Below, piece after piece: positions 1 through 13,400 of a stretch of DNA of 64,000 nt. The notes below the pieces were generated by a model, which worked only from the letters and a program-made list of their open reading frames with translations, was not told the DNA's origin and did not search any database. The DNA lies in the NCBI GenBank assembly GCA_038087875.1, contig CM075981.1, forward strand, positions 67,084,001 through 67,148,000. The letters run 5' to 3'. Both the position numbers and the translations under genes were made by a program. Each line of letters opens with the position of its first letter. The stretch's first letter is position 1. Source of the stretch: Malacoraja senta (Eukaryota).

Positions 1-450
1 GATCTCCTGGGTACTAATCATTTTAACTTCTCTTCCCATTACCGTACTGACTTTTCTGTCCTGGCCTCCTGCTTCGCCAGAGTGAGGCCACACACAAACT
101 GGAGGAAAAGAACCTCATATTCTGCTGGGGTGGTTTATAATCCAAACATATGAACATTAAATTCTCCAACTTAAGGTAGCTATCAACAAGCTTCCCTGTG
201 CCCCATCTGGACTTGCACCTATTTCTTCCCTTTCACCTATATTACTTCTCCTAGCTTTACAATTTGCAACACTTCAATCCTTTTGTCTCACACCTGTCTT
301 TTCATTTCCGGTCTTCGTCCAACATTTTGCCTATCTGACCCCCCCCCCCCCCCCCTTCACCTTCACCCACCGTTTACTTGCCACGCTTTTCTCTGTCCTT
401 CCAGATATGCTGCCTGACCCGTTGAGTTACTCCAGCACTTTGTATCTTTT
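1..450 (+). mobile_element. Penelope-like element 3' fragment (end of GIY-YIG region plus terminal repeat)
   Basis: Similar to 50015-50390; ends in the ctgcctgacccgttgagttactccagc terminal motif. Confidence 0.75.
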
Positions 451-1338
451 GCTGATTTTCTTTCCTTGTTTAGAAATGTGAAAAGCAAGGTTTTCTGACC
501 TACAGCCTAAAGACATGATAGAATAAGACTTCCCAGTCAGATGATGGGGACTGGGAGGTTGGGAAACCGATAGGTTTCATTTGGGGTCAGCTTGGTCTTT
601 GTGGTCTTTCCATGAAACCACCAGAGAATTGTGACAGGTTTACTGTCAATATACTTTCAGAATATTGGCTTTGAACAATGTGCTGGTTTACTTGTAGATG
701 AAGGTTGAGAAAGTGGTGTATTTCTGTTATTGTTCTGTCTCGCTGGTTAATCTGAGTCACAGCATGTCAGCAACATGGAGCTCACTGACAGAAACGGATG
801 CTCAATAAAAGCTGAATAAAGCTACGTTCAGAAGTTGATTACTTATATAATTAGATGTCCTGGAGTGATTTCAAGCCTTGGCGTTAAGTTGACAGTTCTA
901 ATAAACCACTTGAGGTTCGCTGTCAGGGTTTATGGTGTCATCTGTACTTTGTGAATTAAATTGCAATCTTGTAATCCCTTCCAGGTGTTTATTTTTTAAT
1001 TATGGTACTGGAGGTGGGTTTGTCTCTGTTGCTTGACTTCACCAATGGTGGAATGAACCAGTGAAAATTGCAGATAAATCGAGCAGTAATTGTTAGGTAC
1101 GTTAAGCTCATGTTTTTAAAACATTGGATTATGTCAGAGGGAGATGGCAAGAAGAGGGAATTGTAATCTGCTGTTATGGGGCAAGGAAAGACGAGCTAGA
1201 ACAGGAGAAATGTGATCCAGTTAAGTTATTTTCTGTTGTTGTCTCGCAGGATCATGAACTGAAGTGGGAAGAGTTTGCACTGAGCTCTGAACGGCTTGCA
1301 AGGCAGCTATGTTCTCATTTCCCTTTTCTCTCCCACAG

Positions 1339-1485
1339 CTCTCCAAGATTTGGAGCCGCAGCAGCTGATCCTGTTTGTCCAGTCCTTCGGAATCCCAGTG
1401 TCAAGTATGAGTAAACTCCTGCAATACCTGGATCAGGCCGTGTCCCATGATCCACAGACACTCGAACAGAATATAATGGACAAAA
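1339..1485 (+). CDS. INTS1: INTS1 exon ([49 protein letters not shown])
   Basis: cccacag acceptor, gtaggt donor, phase 1-1, near-identical to recalled INTS1. Confidence 0.95.
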
Positions 1486-4400
1486 GTAGGTGTTTTGGTA
1501 ACAATAATGGGTGAGAATCTTTTAATTCTGTCTCGTGATCTGGGTCTATATGTCAGAGTGGTAGAAGATGGATGGGGGCAAGTTCCGCACATGTCATCAA
1601 CTGGAGAGCAAACTTCATAGATGTTTGGCGAAATAGAACAGTACAGCACAAGAACAGGTCCTTCAGAACCACAATGTCTGTGCCTAATATAATGCCAAGA
1701 CCATCTCTTACCTGCTTGACATAATCCATATCCCTCCATCCCCTGCATATCCATTTGCCCATCCACAAATCTCTAAAATGACACTGTCATATCTCTCTCA
1801 ACTGCCACCCCCGGCAGGGTGTTCCAGGCACTCCCTACCATCTATGTATTAAAAAAAACTTGCCCCGCACATCTCCTTTAAACTTTGCCCCTCTTATCTT
1901 AAATTTATGCCCTTTAGTATTTTATGTTTCGATCCTGGGAAAAAGGTTCTGACTGTCAACTCTATCTATGCCAAAGTATTTACTTCCATCGTCTCCCTAC
2001 AACCTTCAGCATTCCAGAGAAAACAATCCAAGTCTGTCCAACACTGGCTGTTAGAGGAAATCCAGAGCAAAAAAGTTCTGAAAATGCTGAAAATACTCAG
2101 CACATCAGGCAACATCAGAGAGAGAGATATTAAAAAAATGTCAATGTTTCAGGTTGATGTCCTTTCACCATAATTAGGAAAAGTTTTTAAAAAAAAACAA
2201 TGGGTGCAGCACAGTGGTGCAATAGTAGAGTAGCTGCCTTACAGTGCCAGAGATTCGACTTTGATCTTGGTATAGGTGCTGTTTACAGGATTTGTACATT
2301 CCCCTGTGACTGTGATTGTAATATGCATTAATGATTTGGATGTAAACGTAGGAGATATTATCATTAATTTCACAGACCGCACAAAGGTTGACCAGATTTT
2401 CTGCAGGTGTGCAGGTTTCCTCCCATATTCCAAAGATGTGCAGGTTTGTGGGTTAATTGGCTTCTGTAAATTGTCCCGAGTGTGTGGGATAAAACTAGTG
2501 TACGGTGCAGACTCGATGGACTGAAGGGCCTGTTTCCACAGTGTATCTCTAAACTAAACTAAACTAAATAACTTGTTTTCAGTTGCGGTGAACCAAAAAT
2601 GTTGCTTAAACTGCTGTGTATTCCCGGCAATTTATTTTGGGGTTCCGGCGTCTGCATCCAGTGCACCAACAGCTGTTTACACATAGCAAGCTATGACAAA
2701 CAATCATGAGTTATTGATAGTTTGCTTATGTGATGTTGGTTGAAGCATAAACATTGGCTGGATCATCATTCCTTTTCAAATAGTGGTTATGAGATTGTTG
2801 ACTTCCTCAGAGGGCAAAGGAGGCCTTGTTCTAGTGGCTCAACTTCCTAGAAGTGAAGTACTACATTACAGTGTTGGCCTGGATTTTGTGCTCATCTGGG
2901 GAGTGGGATTGAACCCATGACCTTCTGGCTCAGGTAAGAACACGGTGCACTGAGCCAAGGCCTGATCTTGTCTCTCCCAATGACAGCGGAGACATTTATC
3001 CACCAGGGTTCACCCGACCAGAGACTGGGAGAAGTGATTCTGGCTGCATTTATTATTAAGTCTCCCTACTGCTTTGCTTTAAGAGGCTGCAGAGACTGCA
3101 GATGAGTATAGACCCTCAACTTGCTGAGGTTAGGAGACTGTATTTCAAATGGTGCTTGTTGTGAATTGGCTGTTGTTCATTCCACTTTCCGTGTATCAGG
3201 CCAGAATTAGCAGGGGATTGCGTGGGCCTCTCAGTAATCCATCTTGGACCATCTGCTGTACCTAGCATAGTCATTGTGATTAAATTAGATGGAGTTACTG
3301 AATGGATAGTTGTAATAAGCAGACGACACAGGGGAGTGGATGATTGCAATGTTCTAATTCAAAATAATGGATGGTAATTAAAAATGAAGGATGAATGATT
3401 CAGAAGTGGAAAATTACAAATTTATTGCGGTGTTCTTTATGATATTGAAACATGAATTATATTTTTTTAATTCCCGATTATTTAACATGCTATTATTTCT
3501 GGTCATGCAATGCTGATTGTTTGCATCGATACCCAGAGGCAATGTTCACTGTTTATCTGGCGTTAAGTGACTTGTGTTTGTTTTATTTATTTACGATTGT
3601 TCTAATTTTCAGACTGTGTTTCATACAAGGCGCCTTGTTTTCAAGGGAATGAATTTGCCAGGTTTTCTTTGTTGACAATAGATTTGTGTTAGTATGGTGA
3701 TTCAACAAATAATCATGATGCTATAAAAATAAGAACGGCGTTTTGTTTAAATTAGTGTAACATTATATAATTCAATGAAACCAAGGAGGCCACGTTTGAA
3801 TCTTCCTGTTCTTGGAAGACCGAGGGCTATAAATGATATGAGCTCTGTGTCCCATTGCCATCTCATTATAGAGTCCCTGGCGCAAAGGGAGGCCATTTGA
3901 CTCGTCCCTGTGCTGGCTCTTTGAGCTTTTTATCCAGTGTGCCATTTCCCCCCCAGTGCAACATAGATAGTTCCATCTCAGCTATTTGAAAGGTATTATA
4001 GAATCTGCTTCTGCCACCCTTTCAGGCAGTGTATTCACATATCATACATAGCCATAGAGGGAGTGCAGAGAAGGTTCACCAGACTGATTCCTGGGATGTC
4101 AGGACTTTCATATGAAGAAAGACTGGATAGACTTGGCTTATACTCGCTAGAATTTAGGAGATTGAGAGGGGATCTTATAGAAACGTACAAAATTCTTATG
4201 GGGTTGGACAGGCTAGATGCAGGAAGATTGTTCCCGATGTTGGGGAAGTCCAGGACAAGGGGTCACAGCTTAAGGATAAGGGGGAAATCCTTTAAGACCG
4301 AGATGAGGAAAAACGTTTTCACACAGAGAGTGGTGAATCTCTGGAACTCTCTGCCACAGAGGGTAGTTGAGGCCAGTTCATTGGCTATATTTAAGAGGGA

Positions 4401-7400
4401 GTTAGATGTGGCCCTTGTGGCTAAGGGGATCAGGGGGTATGGAGAGAAGGCAGGTACGGGATCTCAGCCATGATCATATTGAATGGCAGTGCAGGCTCGA
4501 AGGGCCGAATGGCCTACTCCTGCACCTATTTTTTATGTTTCTATGTTTCTATACCAATTCACGGTAAAATGCTGTCTTTGTTCTTTTTCGGTAATCCCTT
4601 GGGATCGAGGATAACTTGTTTCCACTCTGGTTTTGTAACTTTTGAGTTGGGATACGAGGCCAGTGTGGGGACTGCAGACCCTTCGACACGAGGGGTGGGT
4701 GGTGACTGACAAGATTGGATAGGCGGATAGCTTGGGAAGTGGTGGGCTTGTTCTACCACCTATGAAGGCTTCTCGGTTCTAATGAATGGCCTCAAGATTC
4801 TGAATACCATCCCCAATGCTAAATGTCTCCTCCACTTTCTGCAGCCTTGGGCCAGATATTCCCAGACATCAGGTTGCATATCCTTCAATCTTTCCCTATC
4901 ATAGAGTTGTCTAACATAGAAATATCCCTTTGACCCACTGCATTTATGCTAACTGTTATGCCTATCTATATTAATTCTATTTGCCACATTAATTCTATAT
5001 TCCTCTATGCTCTGCTCATTCAAATACTGTTCCAGATGCCCCCTAAATGTTGTTACTATTACTGCATCTGCTACCTCTGACAGCTCATTCCAGATACTGT
5101 CTACTCTTTGTGAGAAAAAAAAGTCTGCTTGGATCCCCTTTAAACCCACATTAAATGTGCTATCTATTTTTAGAAACACCTACAATGGGGAACAGAAAAT
5201 GTTTTCCACCTTACCCATGCATCTTGTAATTTTATATATCTTTATCATGTAACCTCTCAGCCTCCTTTGCTTCAGGGAGAAAGACCTGATCAAACCTGAT
5301 AACGCCACCCTGGAATCCAGGCAGCATCCTTGTGACTCTCATCTGCAGTCTCTCTATCTGGAATACATCCTTCCTAGATGCTGGAGTAACTCAGCGGGAC
5401 AGTTAGCATCTCCGGAGAGAAGGAATGGGTGATGTTTCGGGTCGATAATTTCAATCAGAGGCAGCATCTCCAAAGATGCTGCCTGTCCCGCTGAGTTACG
5501 CCACATTTTGTGTCTATCTTCGATTTAAACCAGCATCTGCAGTTCTTTCCTACACATTGCGTCCTTCCTATATTGTGCCTGCCTCGTAATCTCCTCCCAG
5601 GGCAGAGTTTGGACTTTCCCCTAGACTTCATTTTACTCAATGTGCAGCGCTTTCCTTCAGAGCTGTTAGCCCCAATAAACAGTGCATCTGAGCTAATTGG
5701 TATCCCGGATGCTCCCTTTGGCTTCACCACCCTGGGCTAGAGAGTTGAGAGGGTTTCAAGTCCCTGCTGCTGCTCGTTGTCCCCTGGAATGAATCGTTTG
5801 TAAGATGGTGTTAGCGGTGGCTCAGTGGATGCCACTTCCACCACCAGTGCATTAGTCCCATCTCAGTATTGAGACACTCAATCTCGAGGGAGTGTTGTGA
5901 TGTGTTTGATTTGCTGGTCTTCAGCAGCCTCACCTTCCCTTCTGATAGTCCAAAAAATATCTGTGGTAATATTACAAATCTGAGCATAGAAATGTGTGTT
6001 TCTTGGCCAATATTTTTCCTCAGTCAACATCTCAAACAATCTGCCTGCTTATTATTTAAAGGTAGCCCGTGGGTTTTTGCACAAATTAGCTGCTATATTT
6101 TCAACTTTGCAGGAGGGGCCACATTTCTTAAGTATTTACATCAGCTGTTGCAACCTTCTTTCAAAGAACAACCTTCCTTCATCGAGCAGGTAATCTGTGC
6201 CTTGGAAAGAGGAAAGGGAGGAAATTGTCAATTTGCAAAGGGGTGGAATGAAGTAAAATCACCTAATGAATAACAAACGTAACATATCAAACCTGATTGT
6301 ACTTTTACACACACCATAGAACCATATCCAATGCAATTTTCACTTAGTAATAGGAGGCAGAGGGTATGGTGAAGGGTTGTTTTGTGACCGAATGTTTGTG
6401 TACCACAGGGATTGGAGCAGGGACCATTGCCGATTGTTATATGCGTTAATGATTTGGATGTAAATGTAGGAATATTGATCATTAATTTGACAGACCACAC
6501 AAAAGTTGATGTTGTTGTTAATAGGAGGGTAATCATAGGCTACAGGATGATATATTGGTCAGTTGATAAAGTGGATGGACAAATGGAAAATGGAATTTAA
6601 TCCTGATAAATATGAGGTGATTCATGTGGGAGAACTAATCGGGTAGGACAATAAATATTTTGAGTCTTAGGAAGTGGCAGCACAGGTAGATAAGGTGGCT
6701 AAGAAGGCATTTGAGACACTTGTCTCCATCAACCAAGATATAAAACATATCAACAGAGAGGTTCAGGTGCAACTTTATAAATACAGCTGGATTGCTATGT
6801 TTAATCCAGGTTACTATACTATAGGAAAGGTGATTACACTGAAGAGGGTTAAAAGGAGGTTCGAGTCATAGTGTTACACCGCAGAGAAACTGGCTCTTCA
6901 GCCCACCATACCCATACTGATTAACGCTAATGTCTTTATTTGCCAGGACCATATCCTTCTCAGTCCTGCCTGTTTAAGTGTCTGTCTAAATTGTCTCTTA
7001 AACAGAGTGTGTGATTCCAACAGGCATTTGGCACTGTGATTTCAACTGGCAGCAAGATCCTGATAACAACCACTTTGTGTGTAAAAAAAAAAACACTTAA
7101 AAAACGATCTGAGGAACCTTTTCACCCAAGGAGTGGTTGAAATCTGGAACACTGCCTCAGTAGGTAACAGGCAGAGATTCTCACAATATTTAAGAAGTAT
7201 CTCGATGACACTTGAACTGTTATGGTTTCAAAGGCTTTTGGCTATGATTCGTATAGTTGGCCACTGATGTGATGAGCTGAAGGGCCTATTCTGCGCTGCG
7301 TCAACCCGAGATATGGTTACATTGTCTGTTGGGTCACCATATATATCTTGCAGTGGATTTGTGTGTTTTTTGCAAACATGTCCTATCTCTGATTTGTCAC

Positions 7401-10400
7401 TGCAGATTACATGGCTCACCTGGTGGAAGTGCAGCATGAGAGGGGAGCGACTGGTGGCCACACCTTCCACACGCTGCTCACTACCTCCCTGCCTCCAAGC
7501 AGAGGTACCATTAGCAACCTTCAGTTTTGCTGCATTATAGTCACCATCAAAGTCTTGTTGGCAGTTTACACTGGAGAATTTGGGACAGCACATTGGCGCA
7601 GCTGGTAGACTTGCTGCCTCACAGCTCCAGAGATCCGGGTTCGATCCTGAGTTTGGGTGCTTTCTGAGTTCGCATTTTCTCCCTGTGACCACATGGGTTT
7701 CCTCCAGGTGCTCATTCTCCCACATCCCAAGACATGCTGTTTTTTAGTGTTAATTGACCTCTAAATTGCCCCTAATGTGGAGGGAGTGAATGAGAAAGTG
7801 GGATGACATAGAAATAGTGTGAACTGGTGATTGATGGTTGGCGTGGACTGAGTGCGCCAAAGGGCCTGTTTCCATGCTGTATCTCTAAAAGTAAATTCCA
7901 TGTGCATTGTGTGTCTTACCGCACGTTCTTGCTCAGTAGTGTTTTGGGACCTACAGTTGTGTTAAGCCCAATCTCAGTTTCTTGGTCAGGTTACTTTTGG
8001 AGCGGCACACTGGCGCAGCGGTTGAGTCGCTGCATTATAGCGCCAGAGACCCAGGTTCAGTCCTGACTACGGTGCTATCTGTACGGAGTCTGTACGTTCT
8101 CCATGATCACATGGGTTTTCTCCATGTGCTCTGGTTTTCTACCACATTCCAAGGACGAGCAGGTTTATATGTTAATTGGCTTCTGTAAATTGACCGTAGT
8201 ATGTAGGATAGAATAGTGTATGGCTGATTGCTGGTCAGCGTGAACTTGATGGGCCGAAGGGCCACTTTCCACACTGCATCTCTAAACTAAACTCCAATAT
8301 AGGGGCAGCCTGTGACCAGTGGAAGAGTAATCAAGAGTGGCTCAAGTGATGCTGACTAGAGAGTAAAGTGAAAGAAAGTGGGGTATGGCCAGATGTGGAG
8401 AGTAGTGGGGAACATTAGGAAGTCTCCACAGGATGAAGAGGTGTTTTTTTTAATGGACCTTGTGTCACGAAGCAACATTACATTGTGATCAATGGGAATG
8501 TAGTTTGGAATGGGAAGTCAGTGGATCATGACTGAGAATTCATTGAGGGACTTTAGAGAGGGTGGGTCAGGACTCACTGCACAGTAACTGGGGGGAAATG
8601 GTGAGAGCACGATGAGTCGCAACTGGTATGGTGTGTCGGGTTGGATTAACTAAACACTAAATAACACAGCTGGTGAAAATGTTCTGTCCTTGTTTCAGTG
8701 CAAATGATTTGTTGCTAATGATTTGAATTCACTGCATTTTTAGAGTTATTAAAACATAGCTTTCTTGTAATCCTAGATAATATAGACCTCAACAGGCAGA
8801 GCTCCAGCAACACAGCACCACTGTGTCCCATCCGTATTAGGGGGCCAACGCAGATTCCTGTAATTGGACCAGATGAAGATTTAGCTGGGCTTTTCCTTCA
8901 GGTACACACAGGGAAGATGTTTGTCCTTCACATTAAAAACAGCAGTATTGCTAAAACACTGACCATATGATCACTTGTGCTGGTATCATTTATCTAGGAG
9001 TTCAGTGAGAGCCTTTTTCTCCGTTCTTGGCACTGAGTGCTCTTCCCTTTTTTTCTTTTTGCCTCTTCTAGTATATTATATGTTGATGGGGGTTTTGCAT
9101 GCTGTTTAATTCTGTTGTGGCAGGATTAATGGACTAGCTGGAAATGAGGATCTGCAGATGCTGATGTACGAAAGAAGACATAAAGTGCTGCAGTAACTCA
9201 GTGGATCAGGCAGCATCTCTGGAGAACATGGATAGGTGATAGAACGAATCTTGAGTCTGAAGTAGGGTCCCAACCTGAAACTTCACCTATCCATGTTCTC
9301 CAGAGATACTGTCTGACCTGCTGAGTTACTCCCAGCAATTTGTTTCTTTCAATGAACAAGCTGTTTTTCCTGTTAATCTTATGTATAGCAAGATGCATTT
9401 AAAAAGATTCTTTAATGTAGAAAACATCAGGATGCTTCAGAACGCTTTAAAACTGAGATAAGAAAAAACAATTCACCCAGAGAGTTGTGAATTTGTGGAA
9501 TTCTCTGCCACAGAAGGCAATAGCAGCCAATTCACTGGATGAATTTAAAAGAGAGTTAGATAGAGCTCCTGGGGCTAGCGGAATCACGGGATAAGGGGAG
9601 AAGGCAGGCATGGGTTACTGATTGTGGTTGATCAGCCATGATCACAATGAATGGCGGTGCTGGCTCGAAGGGCCAAATGGCCTCCTCCTGCACCTATTTT
9701 CTATGTTTCTAAAGAAAGTGCACCCCTGAAGTTTTGGTCAAAGGGTTCTTGCAGGAATGTTAAATATCCACGCACAACTTGGCCTGTTGTCAATCTTCAA
9801 TAATATCATAATCATGAATCTTTTCCTCGCAGCTTTTCCCCATGAATCCTGACCCAAGGTGGAAGAACACAAGCAGCCGCTCAGTCTCACTAATGCTGCA
9901 GCACACACTGGCTCAGGAGGTGCGTCACGCCCGCCTGGGCAAGGCCGAGGACACCGGGATTGCTGTCCGTCTGCTCCAAGCCATCTCTGCACTACTGAAC
10001 TCACCACATGGCAGAGCCTTTGTCTTGTCCATGCAGAGGAATTATGTCATCTCCTGTCCTTTAATGAGACAACTGTATCAATATCAGGTATGGATGTAAA
10101 TGTGTTGGGATTGTGAAAGTGGAGTGTCCATGCAGCAAGCATTTACCCACATTGGTGTTTATGTTGGCTTGCGAGAGGGATATTGGGACGCTTCCTGTTG
10201 GTTGGAGTCAGTGGTTCAGCCATGTAAACCTCAGTAAGTGTCGGATTTCTATGAGTTTATTATTAAATCTGGAAGTCTGAGACATCTTGCCAGATGACTA
10301 ATGGAGCATGTGTCAGTGCACTCCATCGCCAGGCTCCATGTGGCTGAGCTCAGTCTTGCTGGTGATCTCTAGCATCCTCTTGGGAAATGGCTGCTTAAAT

Positions 10401-13400
10401 CCTGTGCAGGTCAGACCTGGTATGGAATTTGAAACTTCACTGTGTAAAATTGGGATTCTCGGCTCAAGGACCAAGAGGCAAAGGTAAAGGGAACAGTAAC
10501 AAAACGGAAAATGCTGGGAATACTTAGCTATTCAGGCAGCTTCTGTGGCAAGATGGTGTTAATGTTTCCATCTGAAACCGCATGGAAAAGGGAAGGTGAA
10601 TTGTTTTTTAATTGTGTTCTTCAATTATAATGGTTTGGACATCACTCCGACCCTCCACTCTTTGTCGGCCACCAATTAACCGTGGCACACAGTCGAAAAA
10701 TACCATTGTCCTCCTGTACCTGCTTGTGCTGCTTCAATCAGGTTATCAAGTGTGAACTGGCTTTTGAAATCAGGGCTTCCTGAAGAGATCGATGCTGCAT
10801 TATCCAGCTTCCACCTGTGGGTGTTCTCTGACAAGTCTGTGTTATTGACTTCACCAATCTGGATCCACACCTGGCCACCTTTTATTACCAAGCATTTATG
10901 TTTTTGTAGAATAAGTGACATTTAACCAGTTCAGTGCCACCCTCAAGTGTACTCGGGTCATGGCCAATAGTGGGAAAAGAAACTTGGCAGTGAACAGGTT
11001 AACTTATGTATTTTGCAGTGGCTGACAGCTTGTTTGGTGTTGTGATTTCATAGAAAAGCGGGCCTCAGGACTCTGTTGCCGTGTCCCTGTTCTACAACAT
11101 GGTGATGCAGCTGCGGACGTGGTTGGAGAACTCGGCGACAGAAGATGGTCCTCTTCGAGCGCTTCTGAAGTCCCTGGCTGCTCAGTGTTCACTCAAGCAC
11201 AGGACAGGCGACGGTACTTTACTAATTATGTGTGACTGGCTGAAAATACACTTTAATGTCTTTAAACCTCAAGCTGATGAAGGAACGCTTAACCTGCCTT
11301 GATTCAGCTTTCAACCTTGTTCTCATTACATCGCAAAGCACTAACAGAAAAAAGAAGTGCAGATGATGTATGGTCTCTTTTGTAGAGTAGAAAACGTAGT
11401 GGCCAATTTGTACACACATACCAAATGTAAATACCCCAGTTCTGGAAATAAAATGCTGGAAATACTGAGCATTACTAAGACAGCACTGTAGAGAGAGTAA
11501 CCAAGTTTAATGTTTGCGCCAATGATCTTTCATCAAAACTGAAAGGGGTGAAGAAGCAAAGGACACACAGGACTGTGACAGAGTGGCTTGTAGACACACA
11601 GGTCTGTGACAGAGATGGGCAGACACACAGGTCTGTGACGGAGACGAGCAGACACACAGATCTGTGACAGGCAAATACATGGGTCTCTGATGGAGTGGCG
11701 GGCAGGAGGGATTGAGTCACAAAAGGCATGACTTAGTACTGTGGGAAAAGGTGACAGGGCAGCAGTGAAGCACTGAAAGAGTGTAATGGAAATATAAACA
11801 TGAGAAAATGAATAAATATTCGGAATTACAGTTGGTTTAAAAAAAAATCTTACAAATGCTGGAATTTTGATATGGAGACTGGAATAGCTTTTTTTAAATT
11901 TGTGTACTCTGTTTCCACATGGCTATAATGTAAAGTGCATGAAATTTCTTTTGACCTTACACAAAGTTTTGTGAGACCGTATAGGTAGACGAGAAAGGGC
12001 AGAGAAGGATTAGGCTGGCGAATTACTGACAGACAGCTAAATGCTCTGGATCATTCTTGTGGATTGAATGGAAGTATTGTGAAAAGCTGTTTCCACATTT
12101 TCTCACGTTCAAACAAAAATGGACTAAGTACTGGATGATAGAGTTATTATGGAAGGGTGCCCACTGATTGGTGTAATGGAGTTGAGTAGAAGGGCCTGTT
12201 CCCATGCTGTACAATTCTATGATATATGATATATTTCTTAATAATGTTGGTTGATTAATAAATCCCAGCCAGGACATTGGAAAGAATCGCCCTCCATTTC
12301 TGAAAAATAGTAACCATGGTTTATTTTATGTCCATCGGAGGGGTGACAAGTGGATGGTATCTTCTGTGCTGTCCAGTACCTTGTCCTCTCTGGAGAAAAG
12401 CTTAGGTGATCCTTTTCTGGATAAGAGGAACATTAAAAGCAGAGAATTCTTCACTTATCTCCTGTTAAGCCTGAGAGGAGCCTGCTCTCTCTCTGCTGCC
12501 CTGAAGAATCGTGACCAAGATTATTGAAGGAGATAGGAATAATTTAATAAGAGGTTTTCATCATTCTTCTTTCCTTCCCCCTCCCCCCACCATCACCAAG
12601 AGACCTCAGGAGAATTAAACTGAAATCAGCTTACTGTTCAGTATCTCTCCTGAAGCAGTCGGCTGGAGCCTGCCTGCTAACTATTTGCTTTCTATCAGCC
12701 TTGTAAAATGCCACAATAGTTAGCAACACTGAAAGGGAATTTTGACATTTGGTGCCACTGGTCATTCTCTGAGACTGTCCTTGGTCAGGGTGAGTTAGAT
12801 GCTGCATTGAGATAACACTGCTGTCACAAGCACATAGGCCTCTATTTTACAATTGGTTGGGCTCAAAGTCCATTTCTCATCCTAAGTGAATCTGTGCTAT
12901 CGGCCCAGTATACGTACATAGGTTCATTAATTTATGTATCAGGAGCAAAATTAGGCCATTCGGCCCATCGTGTCTGTTCTGCCATTCAATCATGGCTGAT
13001 CTATCTTTCCCTCTCAATCCCATTCTCCTGCCTTTTCCCCGTAACCTTTGACGCCCTCACTTATCAAGAACCTGTCAATCTCCCCTTTAAAAATACCCAA
13101 TGACTTGGCCTCCACAGCTGTCTGTGTCAATGAATTCCACAGATTCACCACCCTCTGACTAAAGAAATTCCTCCTCGTCTCCTTTCTAAAGGTATGTCCT
13201 TTTGTTCTGAGGCTGTGCACTCTGGTCCTAGACTCTCCCACTAGTGGAAACATCCCCTCCACGTTCACTCTATCCAAGCCATTCACTATTCAGTAAGTTT
13301 CTTTGTCCCCCTCATCCTTCTAAACTCCAGCAAGTACAGGCCCAGAGCCGTCAAATGCTCCTCATATGTTAACCCAGTCATCCCGGGATCATTCTTGTAA

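Noticed and set aside
7581-7660. tRNA genes at SINE heads
   Set aside because: A/B boxes run into the V-SINE body and no complete cloverleaf is evident.
11561-11700. CRISPR-like repeat spacing
   Set aside because: Vertebrate minisatellite with no unique spacers and no cas genes.
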